From assembly GCA_018224485.1 (NCBI GenBank), contig JAGTVE010000012.1, positions 1 to 49,002 on the forward strand: a DNA stretch of 49,002 nucleotides, read 5' to 3'. Of this stretch, positions 10,556-19,570 are shown piece after piece (positions within the stretch are counted from its first letter, which is position 1; every line of letters starts with the position of its first letter). This DNA comes from Thioalkalivibrio sp. Lineage in GTDB: Bacteria; Pseudomonadota; Gammaproteobacteria; Ectothiorhodospirales; Ectothiorhodospiraceae. A model generated the notes under the pieces. That model searched no databases. It was not told the DNA's origin and saw only the letters and a list, made by a program, of their open reading frames with translations. Both the position numbers and the translations under genes were made by a program.

Positions 10556-11964
10556 TGGCAGGCAATTCCGCTGACAAGATCCAGGGTGGGCTGCTGGGCT
10601 GGGTGGATGCCCGCTTCCCGTTATCGCAGCTCTGGAACGAGCATCTCGCGCGCTACTACGCGCCGAAGAACTTCAACTTCTGGTACTACTTCGGATCGCT
10701 TGCGCTGCTGGTGCTGGTGCTCCAGATCGTTACGGGCGTGTTCCTGACCATGTTCTACAAGCCGGATGCGGCGCTTGCCTTCGCCTCCGTCGAGTACATC
10801 ATGCGGGACGTGGAGTGGGGCTGGCTGATCCGCTACATGCACTCCACCGGGGCCTCGTTCTTCTTCATTGTCGTGTATCTCCACATGTTCCGGGCACTGC
10901 TTTACGGTTCTTACAAGCAGCCCCGGGAGTTGATCTGGCTCTTTGGCGTGCTGATCTACGTGGTGCTGATGGCGGAGGCCTTCATGGGCTATCTGCTGCC
11001 CTGGGGGCAGATGTCCTACTGGGGTGCGCAGGTGATCGTGAATCTCTTTGCGACCATTCCCTATATCGGCCCCGATCTGGTGACATGGATTCGCGGGGAC
11101 TTCCTGATCTCGGACGCGACGCTGAACCGCTTCTTCGCGCTGCACGTGATCGCGCTGCCCCTGGTGCTTCTGCTGCTGGTGGTCGCGCACATCATTGCCC
11201 TGCACGAGGTCGGGTCCAACAACCCCGACGGTGTGGACATCAAGAAGGATAAGGATGAAAACGGCCTGCCGCGCGACGGCATCCGGTTCCATCCCTACTA
11301 CACCGTGAAGGACCTGGTCGGTGTCGGCGTGTTCTTCATCGCATTCTTCGCCGTGGTGTTCTTCGCGCCGGAGATGGGCGGCTATTTCCTGGAGCACGCC
11401 AACTTCGAGCCGGCCAACCCGCTCGCAACGCCCGACCACATCGCGCCGGTCTGGTATTTCACCTCGTTCTACACCGTGCTCCGGGCCGTGCCCGATCCGT
11501 TCCTCGGTGTGATCGCGATGGGCGCCGCGGTGGTGATCCTGTTCTTCGTGCCGTGGCTGGACCGCAACCCGGTGAGGTCGGTGCGTTACCGCTCCCTTGC
11601 ACACCGCATCAACCTGGGCGTGTTCGCGGTGACCTTCATCGTGCTGGGCTACCTCGGGGTGCAGCCGGTCAGCGACCTGTACGGGGAACTGGGACTGCGG
11701 CTGAGCACGATGTACTTCCTGTTCTTCTGGCTGCTCTGGTTCCACAGCCGGGAACGCTCGACGGTCTTCAGCGTGATCGCCTTCGCGGTCATCGTTGGGG
11801 GCTACACCCTCTACGACGCCCTCCGCTTCGGCACCACCGACGGGACGCTGGTGATGGCCATGTGGCTGCTGCCGACCGCCTATCTGTTCGTGACGATGCT
11901 CGCGCCCGTGCTGGCACGCGGACTTGGGCGAGACCGTGCCGTTCCGGAAAGGGTGACCGCCTGA
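10555..11964 (+). CDS. petB: Cytochrome b
   Basis: NFWYYFGS, IRYMHSTGAS, GYLLPWGQMSYWGA, RFFALH, HIAPVWYF (PEWY equivalent); TAATG overlap with petA. Confidence 0.98.
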   Translation: MAGNSADKIQGGLLGWVDARFPLSQLWNEHLARYYAPKNFNFWYYFGSLALLVLVLQIVTGVFLTMFYKPDAALAFASVEYIMRDVEWGWLIRYMHSTGASFFFIVVYLHMFRALLYGSYKQPRELIWLFGVLIYVVLMAEAFMGYLLPWGQMSYWGAQVIVNLFATIPYIGPDLVTWIRGDFLISDATLNRFFALHVIALPLVLLLLVVAHIIALHEVGSNNPDGVDIKKDKDENGLPRDGIRFHPYYTVKDLVGVGVFFIAFFAVVFFAPEMGGYFLEHANFEPANPLATPDHIAPVWYFTSFYTVLRAVPDPFLGVIAMGAAVVILFFVPWLDRNPVRSVRYRSLAHRINLGVFAVTFIVLGYLGVQPVSDLYGELGLRLSTMYFLFFWLLWFHSRERSTVFSVIAFAVIVGGYTLYDALRFGTTDGTLVMAMWLLPTAYLFVTMLAPVLARGLGRDRAVPERVTA

Positions 11965-12704
11965 TGAAACCGTCAATCGCTCTGATCGCCATGGTCTTCG
12001 TGGCCCTGACCCCCCTGTCGCTGCAGGCCGCCGGCCCTTCCGTGCCGTTGGACCAGGTCGAGGTGGACGTCACCGACCAGACCTCGCTGCAGCGAGGCGC
12101 GCGAATGTTCTTCAACTACTGCGTGGGTTGCCACTCCGCCGAGTACATGCGCTACAACCGGCTGGGTCGCGATCTCGGGCTCACCGAGAACCAGGTCGCC
12201 GAATCCCTGATCTTCACCACCGACGAGCAGGGCGAACCGGTCGGTACCGGCTCCCTGATCACCAACGCGATGATGCCGGTCTACGCCAAGGAGGCCTTCG
12301 GTGTGGTGCCGCCCGATCTGACGCTGGTGTCGCGGGTACGGGGCGAGGATTGGCTGTATACCTTCCTGCGCAGTTTCTACCTCGACGACTCCCGGCCGCT
12401 GGGGGTGAACAATGCAGTGTACGCGAATGTCGGAATGCCGAATCCCTTGTGGGAACTGCAGGGCTGGCAGGAGAAGCAGGTCGGTGCAGACGGGGAGACG
12501 CATCTGCAGGTGGTCGAGGCCGGCAGCTTGAGCGGGCCCGAGTACGACCGGGCGATCCGCGACCTCGTGACCTTCCTTGCCTACCTCGGGGAACCCATGC
12601 AGATCGATCGTCAGCGGATCGGAATGTACGTGTTGGCGTTTCTGTTCGTGTTCCTGGTGCTGGCCTACCTTTTGAAAAAGGAATACTGGAAAGACGTACA
12701 CTAA
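11964..12704 (+). CDS. petC: Cytochrome c1
   Basis: Signal peptide, LQRGA..F.NYCVGCH, PPDL, C-terminal TM and KKEYWKDVH; TGATG overlap with petB. Confidence 0.97.
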   Translation: MKPSIALIAMVFVALTPLSLQAAGPSVPLDQVEVDVTDQTSLQRGARMFFNYCVGCHSAEYMRYNRLGRDLGLTENQVAESLIFTTDEQGEPVGTGSLITNAMMPVYAKEAFGVVPPDLTLVSRVRGEDWLYTFLRSFYLDDSRPLGVNNAVYANVGMPNPLWELQGWQEKQVGADGETHLQVVEAGSLSGPEYDRAIRDLVTFLAYLGEPMQIDRQRIGMYVLAFLFVFLVLAYLLKKEYWKDVH

Positions 12705-12709
12705 GTCCC

Positions 12710-12748
12710 GGACCGGGTGTTGATTCCCAGTCGGGATCCGCCCGGTCC
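12710..12748 (+). other. Long hairpin between petC and sspA (possible mRNA stabiliser or partial terminator)
   Basis: GGACCGGG (12710-17) pairs with CCCGGTCC (12741-48), with an inner TCCC/GGGA stem; no adjoining U-run. Confidence 0.45.
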
Positions 12749-12795
12749 CCAGTTTCCGCACCACTCCGCGTGTCTCGCGGCATCGGGAGAAAGCC

Positions 12796-13422
12796 ATGGC
12801 GCTGGTCGCCAACCGCCGTTCAGTGATGACCCTCTTTTCCGCGCATGACTGCGTGCGCTGCCATCGCATACGCATCATCCTGGCAGAGAAGGACATCGCC
12901 ATCGACGTGGTCAACCTGGCCCCGGATGAGCTGCCGGAGGACCTCTCCGACCTGAACCCCTACAACGAGGTCCCGACCCTGGTCGACCGCGATCTCGCGC
13001 TGTACGGCACGCACGTGATCACGGAGTATCTGGACGAGCGGTTCCCGCACCCGCCGCTGATGCCGGTAGATCCCGTGTCCCGGGCGGCTGCGCGGCTTGC
13101 GCTCTACCGCGTGGAGCGGGACTGGTACGCGGGCATGGACCTCATCGCCCAGTCCAGTGGAGCGGCGTTGACCCGGGCCCGGAAGGTGCTGCGAGAGAGC
13201 CTGCTGAACGCCACCGAGATCTTCGACCTGAAGCCCTTCTTCCTGAGCGACGAGTTCAGCATCGTCGACAGTGCGATCGCCCCGGTGATGTGGCGCCTGC
13301 CCTCGGCCGGGATTGCGCTCGACAGCCTGCCCCGGTCGATCCAGCTCTATGCCGACCGCGTCTGCGGGCGGGAGTCCTTCCAGGTCAGCCTGACCGATAC
13401 GGAGCGGGAACTGCGGGAATGA
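12796..13422 (+). CDS. sspA: Stringent starvation protein A (GST fold)
   Basis: ANRRSVMTLFS, LNPYNEVPTLVDRDL.LY, EYLDERFPHPPLMPV.PV.R. Confidence 0.95.
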   Translation: MALVANRRSVMTLFSAHDCVRCHRIRIILAEKDIAIDVVNLAPDELPEDLSDLNPYNEVPTLVDRDLALYGTHVITEYLDERFPHPPLMPVDPVSRAAARLALYRVERDWYAGMDLIAQSSGAALTRARKVLRESLLNATEIFDLKPFFLSDEFSIVDSAIAPVMWRLPSAGIALDSLPRSIQLYADRVCGRESFQVSLTDTERELRE

Positions 13423-13844
13423 CCATGACGTCCTCACGCCCCTACCTGTTGCGCGCGCTGCTGGACTGGATCAGCGACAACGGGCAGACCGCGCACCTGC
13501 TGGTCGATGCCACCCGCCCCGGGGTGGTCGTTCCGACCCAGTTCGTCCAGGACGGCAGGATCACCCTGAATATCGGTCCGGCCGCGGTGCAGGCGCTGGA
13601 TATGGGCAACGACTGGATCTCCTTTTCGGCGCGCTTCGCCGGACAGCCGATGCAGGTCAGCGTGCCGGTTGGGGCGGTGCTTGCGATCTACGCGAGGGAG
13701 AACGGCCAGGGCATGATGTTCGGCAGCGAACCCGGGGGTGACGCCGATACCGGTGAGGGGGAGGGCGTCGGGGAAGGCGAAGGAGCCGATGCGGGCACGA
13801 AGCCCGGCGGACGCAAGGGTCCGAGTCTGAAGGTCGTCAAGTAG
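13419..13844 (+). CDS. sspB: ClpXP adaptor SspB
   Basis: MTSSRPYLLRA..DWI.DN, F.ARF.G, LAIYARENGQGM.F, C-terminal PSLKVVK ClpX-binding tail. Confidence 0.95.
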   Translation: MTMTSSRPYLLRALLDWISDNGQTAHLLVDATRPGVVVPTQFVQDGRITLNIGPAAVQALDMGNDWISFSARFAGQPMQVSVPVGAVLAIYARENGQGMMFGSEPGGDADTGEGEGVGEGEGADAGTKPGGRKGPSLKVVK

Positions 13845-15222
13845 CGGCGGCGTCGGGCAGGCTCTTGCCCGGATTCATGATCCCGTCGGGATCGAAGACC
13901 CGCTGCAGTCCGCGCATCAGTCCCAGCGCCACCGGATCCAGCTCCCGGCGCACGAACTCCCGCTTCACCAGCCCGATGCCGTGTTCGCCCGAGAGCGTGC
14001 CCCGCAGCTCCAGCACCAGCGCAAAGACTCCGTCGAGGCAGGCCTCCGCCGACCGCATCTGCTCCGGGTCGTCCGGATCGACCAGCAGGTTCACGTGGAT
14101 GTTGCCGTTGCCCGCGTGCCCGAAGTTCACGATCGTGATTCCGTGCCGGCGGCTCAGTGCCTGCAGGCCGTCGATCAGTGCCGGGATCTTCGTCACCGGG
14201 ACGACGACGTCCTCGTTGATCTTCTTTGGCGCCACATTGCGCAGCGCCGGAGACAGGGCCTTGCGGGTCCGCCACAGGCGTCCGGCATCTTCGGCGGTGG
14301 CGGCGACCTCGATTCCGAGGCAACCGTTGCCGCCGGCGGCCGTGCGGACCGCGTCAGCGGCCAGGTCGATCTGGGCCTGCGAGCCGTCAACCTCGATCAT
14401 CAGCAGCGCACCGGCGTGCTCGGGCAGTTCCGTGTCGGCATATCCCCGGATCATCCCGATTGCCCCGGCGTCCATGAACTCCAGTGCGCAGGGGGTGGCC
14501 GGTTGCGCCATGATCCTCGCGACGGCTGCCGCCGCGGCCGTCATGTCGGTGTAGACGGCCTGCAGCAACTGTCGCGCCTCGGGTAACGGGGTGAGCCGCA
14601 GCGTCGCCTCGGTCAGCAGGGCCAGGGTGCCCTCCGAACCGATCAGGAGGCGTGTCAGGTCGTAGCCGACCACCCCTTTGGTGGTGTACACGCCGGTGCG
14701 CAATGCGTCGCCGGTTCCGGCGACGGCGGCCAGGCCCAGGGTGTTGTCCCGTGGCGTTCCATACTTCACCGCGCGTGGGCCGGCGGCATTGCAGGCCAGA
14801 TTGCCCCCGATGGTGCAATAGGCGCTGCTGGTCGGGTCGGGGGGCCAGAAGAATCCGTGGCGGCCCGCAGCCTCCTGGACCTCCGCGTTGGTGGCGCCGG
14901 GCTGCGCGACCAGCCAGCGGTTCTCCGGGTCGATCTCCACGATGCGGTTCATGCGTTCCATCGAGATCACCAGTCCGCCCGCGACCGGGACCACCGCGCC
15001 CGTGGTGCCCGTGCCGCGGCCGCGCACGACCAGGGGGCTGCGCAGCCGCCGGCAGAGCCGGACCAGCTCCACTGCCGTCCGCTCGTCGGTGACGAAGGCC
15101 ACCGCCTCGGGTGGCGCGTGCAGGCGGGAGTTGTCGGCGCCATAGGCCCAGCAGTCCGCCGGATCGAGCAGGCGGTCCTGCGCGGGGAGCAGCCGTTCCA
15201 GTTCTCGCTGCAGCGGCGTCAT
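13837..15222 (-). CDS. FAD-linked oxidase, GlcD/D-lactate/D-2-hydroxyglutarate dehydrogenase family
   Basis: RGRGTGTTG, PPDPTS...CTIGGNLACNAAG....KYG, GSEGTL, GHAGNGNIH, GTLSGEHGIG, FDPDGIMNPGK. Confidence 0.9.
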   Translation of the reverse strand: MTPLQRELERLLPAQDRLLDPADCWAYGADNSRLHAPPEAVAFVTDERTAVELVRLCRRLRSPLVVRGRGTGTTGAVVPVAGGLVISMERMNRIVEIDPENRWLVAQPGATNAEVQEAAGRHGFFWPPDPTSSAYCTIGGNLACNAAGPRAVKYGTPRDNTLGLAAVAGTGDALRTGVYTTKGVVGYDLTRLLIGSEGTLALLTEATLRLTPLPEARQLLQAVYTDMTAAAAAVARIMAQPATPCALEFMDAGAIGMIRGYADTELPEHAGALLMIEVDGSQAQIDLAADAVRTAAGGNGCLGIEVAATAEDAGRLWRTRKALSPALRNVAPKKINEDVVVPVTKIPALIDGLQALSRRHGITIVNFGHAGNGNIHVNLLVDPDDPEQMRSAEACLDGVFALVLELRGTLSGEHGIGLVKREFVRRELDPVALGLMRGLQRVFDPDGIMNPGKSLPDAAAT

Positions 15223-15575
15223 CACCAGTCGGCCTGGATCGCGTCCTGCAGCCATTCGATGCGGTCGCGGGCATCCATCACGATCACGTCGAAGCGCACC
15301 GGACCGCGCCAGCGCCGCTGCTGGAGGTAGGCCTCGGCGGTACGCAGCAGGCGCTGGCGCTTGCGCCGGGTGATGCTCTCCGCACCGTCGGCGAAGGCCT
15401 GGTGGCTGCGCTTGCGCACCTCGACGAAGACGAGAACATCATTCTCCATGGCGATCAGGTCGATCTCTCCGAAGCGCCGCCGGAAGTTGCGACCGATCAC
15501 GCGCAGGCCCTTGTCCACCAGGAACCGTTCCGCGCCGTCCTCGGCCACTCGACCCTGTTCTACGGGCAGGGCCAT
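15222..15575 (-). CDS. yraN: YraN/UPF0102 family putative endonuclease
   Basis: G..AE..A..FL..KGL....RNFR...GEIDLIA, LVFVEVR.R, RFDV. Confidence 0.93.
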   Translation of the reverse strand: MALPVEQGRVAEDGAERFLVDKGLRVIGRNFRRRFGEIDLIAMENDVLVFVEVRKRSHQAFADGAESITRRKRQRLLRTAEAYLQQRRWRGPVRFDVIVMDARDRIEWLQDAIQADW

Positions 15576-15578
15576 CGA

Positions 15579-17465
15579 TCAATCCTCCCGCGGCGCGGCA
15601 GCATGCATCGGCGCCGGCCGGATCCGTCCGGCGTGGAATTCCAGCCAGGCTGGCTGCCGCACCCAGTTCCGTGTCGGCGGGTGCTGCTGCCAGGTCCCGG
15701 CGACCCCGCTCACCTCGAGATGCGGGGCACGCCCGTAGAGCGGGAGCTCCGCGGCGACGTCCATCGCGTCGATCCCGAGGGCGGCGAAGCGCGGCAGGCG
15801 CGAGGCCGCGGTATCGATCTCTTCCGTGGAGGCCAGTTCCGCAAGCAGCCCGGGATCCGGGTTCAGGTCGGGATGCAGCCAGGGCGCATCCGGGAAACGG
15901 ATTCCGCTCAGGTCCAGATCCAGGTCAGGCTGTGGCCGGCCCTCGTAAACGTGCGAGGTGGCCAGCATCGGCAGCTGGTCCGCCCGGTGGTAGTGAAGGT
16001 GTGGCACCACGAGTCGCAGATCCGCCGCCGATCCCGCGACGAAGATCATGTCGATGTCGCTCCGGATCTGGGCGTCGGCCTCCAGTTCCAGTCGCGTCTG
16101 GCGCCGCACCCGCTGGATGCGCTGTTCACTGGCGTCGATGCCCAGCGCGGTCCCGATCCGGGCATTGATGTCGGGCGAGCGCGCCTCGAAGCGGTGCTCG
16201 GCCGTTACGCGTCCGTCCTGACGCTCGAAGGATTCCCTGAACGCGGTGGCGACGCGGTCGCCGAACGCTCCCTCGGGTACCAGCACCAGGGCCCGGTCGC
16301 TGCCCAGCCCGTGCGCACGATCCGCGACCGCCCGGGCATCGTCCTCGGGCGACAGCGACAGCACCCAGAAGGGGGTCTGCAGCGGTCGGGACGGATGGTT
16401 GAGCAGCAGCGTGGGCACGCTGGAATCGATGGTTGCCACCCGGTCCACCGCCTCGCGCACCAGCGGTCCGATCACGCGGTCCGCGCCCTGCTGCAGGGCA
16501 TTGCGGTAGGCCGCATCCGCGAGATCCTCCTGGCCTGCGGTATCCAGGATCAGCAGGGAGGTGCCCGTGCCGTGGGCCTCGTAGAACTGTGCGGCGATGC
16601 CCTCGAGCAGCGCATTGCCAAGGTCGGCAAGAGGCCCCGTCAGTGGCAGCAGTACCGCAACGCGTCCCGGTGGATCGACCGGCCGCAGCACGGCCTCGCG
16701 CAGTTCCGGCACCAGGAGCTGACCCGGGTGTCGGGGATGTGCCCGCTTCCAGTCGGCGACCGCCTCCTCGAAGGCGTCAGGATCGGTTCCGGCCTCGCGA
16801 AGCGCACGGAACAGCCCGGTCCATCCGTGGATCTGCGCGGATTCCTCCAGTGCGTCGAGCCCTCGGTGCCCCGTCGGCGCCAGCGCCGCAAGAAGCCGCC
16901 AGATCGCCTGCTGGTTTGCGCTCTGCACCTCGGGCCGGTCGACCAGGTACGGGTCCAGTTCCACTCGCGCCAGCAGGGCATCCATCGTCGGTCCGTGGAA
17001 TGTCAGCAGCTCCGCGTGCAGTGCCAGCGCGTCCCTGTACAGCCGGGTGTCCGGCGTCTTGTCCACCGGCGGCAGGCGCTCGAGCGCGCGCCCGGATTCG
17101 CCGCGCAGCATCGCGAGGCGTGCTCCGCGATAACGGTCCGCAAGGGTGCCGCGCCCCTCCTCCGGCAGCAGTGTCCAGAGCCTGTCCGCGCGCAGCACCA
17201 GGTCACCGGTCGGTTCGTCCAGCACCAGCACCGCGTCGATCGCGGTCCGGGCGGGTGCCGGATCCGGGGTGGACTCGGCCTCGATCAGCAGATTCCGGGC
17301 CCGCTCCTCGGGGCTCATCGCGACCGCCTCGGGTCCCGGCGCTGCGGGTGGCGGTGCTGGACGGGGCGCGGCACAAGCGGCCAGCAGGATGCCGAGGCAC
17401 CCGGCGACCAGGATCCGCGCTGTCGCGGCCCGGCGCGTGGAGGGAGTGGTGTGGGTTAGAGTCAC
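15579..17465 (-). CDS. lpoA: Penicillin-binding protein activator LpoA (LppC family lipoprotein)
   Basis: Lipobox LAAC, VAVLLPLTG, IGPL, ATSHVY, F.DAPW, RF.ALG.DA; divergent from rsmI. Exact start is uncertain. Confidence 0.88.
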   Translation of the reverse strand: MTLTHTTPSTRRAATARILVAGCLGILLAACAAPRPAPPPAAPGPEAVAMSPEERARNLLIEAESTPDPAPARTAIDAVLVLDEPTGDLVLRADRLWTLLPEEGRGTLADRYRGARLAMLRGESGRALERLPPVDKTPDTRLYRDALALHAELLTFHGPTMDALLARVELDPYLVDRPEVQSANQQAIWRLLAALAPTGHRGLDALEESAQIHGWTGLFRALREAGTDPDAFEEAVADWKRAHPRHPGQLLVPELREAVLRPVDPPGRVAVLLPLTGPLADLGNALLEGIAAQFYEAHGTGTSLLILDTAGQEDLADAAYRNALQQGADRVIGPLVREAVDRVATIDSSVPTLLLNHPSRPLQTPFWVLSLSPEDDARAVADRAHGLGSDRALVLVPEGAFGDRVATAFRESFERQDGRVTAEHRFEARSPDINARIGTALGIDASEQRIQRVRRQTRLELEADAQIRSDIDMIFVAGSAADLRLVVPHLHYHRADQLPMLATSHVYEGRPQPDLDLDLSGIRFPDAPWLHPDLNPDPGLLAELASTEEIDTAASRLPRFAALGIDAMDVAAELPLYGRAPHLEVSGVAGTWQQHPPTRNWVRQPAWLEFHAGRIRPAPMHAAAPRED

Positions 17466-17499
17466 GAAGGGTTCTTGGACCGATGAGGGGGAACCAGTA

Positions 17500-18387
17500 T
17501 TGAAAGAGCGTCACACGCTGTCAACGCGACCCGGGAAACTCTGGGTGGTCGCCACGCCAATCGGAAATCTTGAAGATCTGGCGCCGCGCGCGCGCCGGGT
17601 GCTGGCCAGCGTCGATCTGATCGCGGCGGAGGACACGCGCCACAGCGGGCGCCTGCTGTCCCGGCTCGGGATATCGACGCCCCTGATGAGCCTGCACGAG
17701 CACAACGAGGAGGCCCGGGTCCCCGGGCTAGTGGAGCGGCTGCGGCAGGGTCAGGACATCGCGCTGGTGTCGGACGCCGGGACACCCCTGCTGTCCGATC
17801 CCGGCTTCCGGCTCGTGCGGGCCTGCCGCGAGGCGGGGCTCGAGGTGCTGCCGGTGCCCGGGCCGGGTGCTGCCATCGCGGCGCTGTCCGTTGCCGGTCT
17901 GCCCTCGGACCGCTTCTGTTTCGAGGGCTTCCTGCCCGCCTCCGGGCCGGCCCGGCGGGAGCGGCTCGGGGCGCTGCTGGCTTCTCCCGTTACCGTGGTC
18001 TGTTTCGAATCCGCGCACCGGGTCACGGGCACCGCGGCGGATCTCGCGGAGCTTGCGCCGGAGCGCGGGGTCTTCCTCGCCCGGGAGATGACCAAGCAGT
18101 TCGAGGAACACTTCTTCGGCGCGGCGTCCATGCTGGCCGGCTGGCTCGATCTGGATCCGAACCGGACCCGGGGCGAATTCGTGCTGGTGATCGCGCCGCA
18201 CCGGCCAACGCAGACTGCCGGGGAGGACCCGGAACTGGAGGAAGAGGTCGAACGGGTACTCGGTGCCCTGGTCGGGGAACTGCCCCTGAAGCAGGCCGTC
18301 CGCCTGGCGGTGCGGATCACCGGTGTCGCACGCAATCGGCTGTACGCGCGGGCCCTCGAGCTCGCGGGCGGAGACGCCGCGTCCTAG
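17500..18387 (+). CDS. rsmI: 16S rRNA C1402 2'-O-methyltransferase
   Basis: LWVVATPIGNL.D, IAAEDTRH, ALVSDAGTP..SDPG, AREMTK.FE; TTG start behind GAGGGGG chosen. Confidence 0.95.
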   Translation: MKERHTLSTRPGKLWVVATPIGNLEDLAPRARRVLASVDLIAAEDTRHSGRLLSRLGISTPLMSLHEHNEEARVPGLVERLRQGQDIALVSDAGTPLLSDPGFRLVRACREAGLEVLPVPGPGAAIAALSVAGLPSDRFCFEGFLPASGPARRERLGALLASPVTVVCFESAHRVTGTAADLAELAPERGVFLAREMTKQFEEHFFGAASMLAGWLDLDPNRTRGEFVLVIAPHRPTQTAGEDPELEEEVERVLGALVGELPLKQAVRLAVRITGVARNRLYARALELAGGDAAS

Positions 18388-18448
18388 TGGGCCATGCGGA
18401 AAGTTCGGTATCAGATCGCTTCGCCTCTTGCGCCTGACCCGCCACCGG

Positions 18449-18477
18449 TTGCGTCCCGGCCCGGCGGCGCGTAAAAG
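18449..18477 (+). promoter_or_regulatory. Candidate sigma70 promoter for rnpB
   Basis: TTGCGT-17 bp-TAAAAG ending 8 nt before the RNA 5' end. Confidence 0.45.
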
Positions 18478-18484
18478 TACAGAC

Positions 18485-18840
18485 GGGAGCCGGCCGGATC
18501 GTCGCTGCGCGCGAGCGTGGAGGAAAGTCCGGGCTCCGCAGGGCAGGACGCCAGGTAATGCCTGGGCGGCGCGAGCCGACGGAAAGTGCCACAGAAAACA
18601 TACCGCCGATGGGACCGGCATTGTCCGGTCCACAGGTAAGGGTGAAATGGTGCGGCAAGAGCGCACCGCGCGCCTGGCAACAGTGCGTGGCAGGGTAAAC
18701 CCCGTCCGGAGCAAGGCCAAATAGGGGTGCCACGATGTGGCCCGCATCGCACCCGGGTAGGCTGCTCGAGGCGCCTGGTGACAGGCGTCCCAGAGGAATG
18801 ACGGTCCTCGACAGAACCCGGCTTACAGGCCGGCTCCCAC
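18485..18840 (+). ncRNA. rnpB: RNase P RNA (type A)
   Basis: P1 GGGAGCCGGCC pairs with GGCCGGCTCCC; conserved GAGGAAAGTCCGGGC, GGAAAGTGCCACAGAAA, GGTAAACCCC, AGAACCCGGCTTAC. Confidence 0.98.
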
Positions 18841-19034
18841 TATTCCCCACCTCCGCGCCCCGCGCAGGGCCAGCGCGTCCGCCCCGATGCTCCCTATAGC
18901 TCAAGTGAACTCTTAAGTAACCTCACCAAGGCTCCGCTTTTGAGACGTTTTCCGGCTCTTGCGCCCGTTGCAATGCGCGTGCGTAAGTGTTTGTCGGCGA
19001 ACGCTTATTTTTTTCAGGTCCCTGCATTTTTTGC

Positions 19035-19064
19035 TTGACGGGTGCTGCGGGGCGTCCATATAGT
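19035..19064 (+). promoter_or_regulatory. Sigma70 promoter of the dcw operon (Pmra)
   Basis: TTGACG-18 bp-TATAGT, with T-tracts upstream (UP-like). Confidence 0.75.
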
Positions 19065-19097
19065 GTCGAAAAGTGGGGGAGCGTGGGGACGAGTGGA
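19063..19097 (+). promoter_or_regulatory. MraZ-binding direct repeats
   Basis: GTGTC, GTGGG, GTGGG, GTGGA at an exact 10-bp period (19063, 19073, 19083, 19093), matching the known MraZ operator architecture. Confidence 0.85.
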
Positions 19098-19115
19098 TCC
19101 CCGACGAGGCACTCA

Positions 19116-19565
19116 ATGTTCCGAGGGGTCAGCCAGCTGAGTGTGGACGCGAAGGGGCGCATCGCCGTGCCCGCGCGCTACCGTGATGCCCTCAGCGAGG
19201 ACTGCAGTGGTCACATGGTGATCACCGTCGACCGGGACGGTTGCCTGCTTCTGTACCCGGCGCCCGAGTGGGAGCGCATCGAACAGGCCCTGATGTCCCG
19301 TCCGAACATCAATTCGCACGTGCGCAAGCTGCAGCGCCTGCTGGTGGGGCACGCGACGGAATGCGATCTCGACGGGCAGGGGCGCCTGCTGCTGCCACCG
19401 CCATTGCGCGAGTTCGCAGGGCTGTCCAAGAGGGTCGTGCTGGTGGGGCAGGGCAAAAAGTTCGAAATATGGGACGAGGACACCTGGTCCCGCAACCGCG
19501 AACTCTGGTTCGGGGAGGATGCGGATGAAGCACTCAGCGAAGCGCTCGAATCCATCGCGCTCTGA
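19116..19565 (+). CDS. mraZ: Transcriptional repressor MraZ
   Basis: MFRG...LSVDAKGR...P, second repeat DGQGRLLLP..LR, FEIWD. Confidence 0.97.
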   Translation: MFRGVSQLSVDAKGRIAVPARYRDALSEDCSGHMVITVDRDGCLLLYPAPEWERIEQALMSRPNINSHVRKLQRLLVGHATECDLDGQGRLLLPPPLREFAGLSKRVVLVGQGKKFEIWDEDTWSRNRELWFGEDADEALSEALESIAL

Positions 19566-19570
19566 AACCC

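Noticed and set aside
12850-12864. CVRCH as a c-type haem-binding motif in SspA
   Set aside because: SspA is cytoplasmic with no signal peptide, so periplasmic haem attachment is implausible; kept only as a redox CxxC.
13733-13790. GE-rich repeat in the SspB tail
   Set aside because: Ordinary disordered acidic linker before the ClpX-binding motif.
15111-17459. 782-aa plus-strand ORF opposite lpoA/yraN
   Set aside because: Arg/Pro/Gly-rich shadow translation; the minus-strand genes carry the family motifs.
18317-18904. ORFs overlapping rnpB on both strands
   Set aside because: The region is the RNase P RNA; the ORFs are spurious.
18984-18996. Possible IHF site between the two MraZ box sets
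   Set aside because: Only CAA-N4-TTA matches the consensus; too weak to call.
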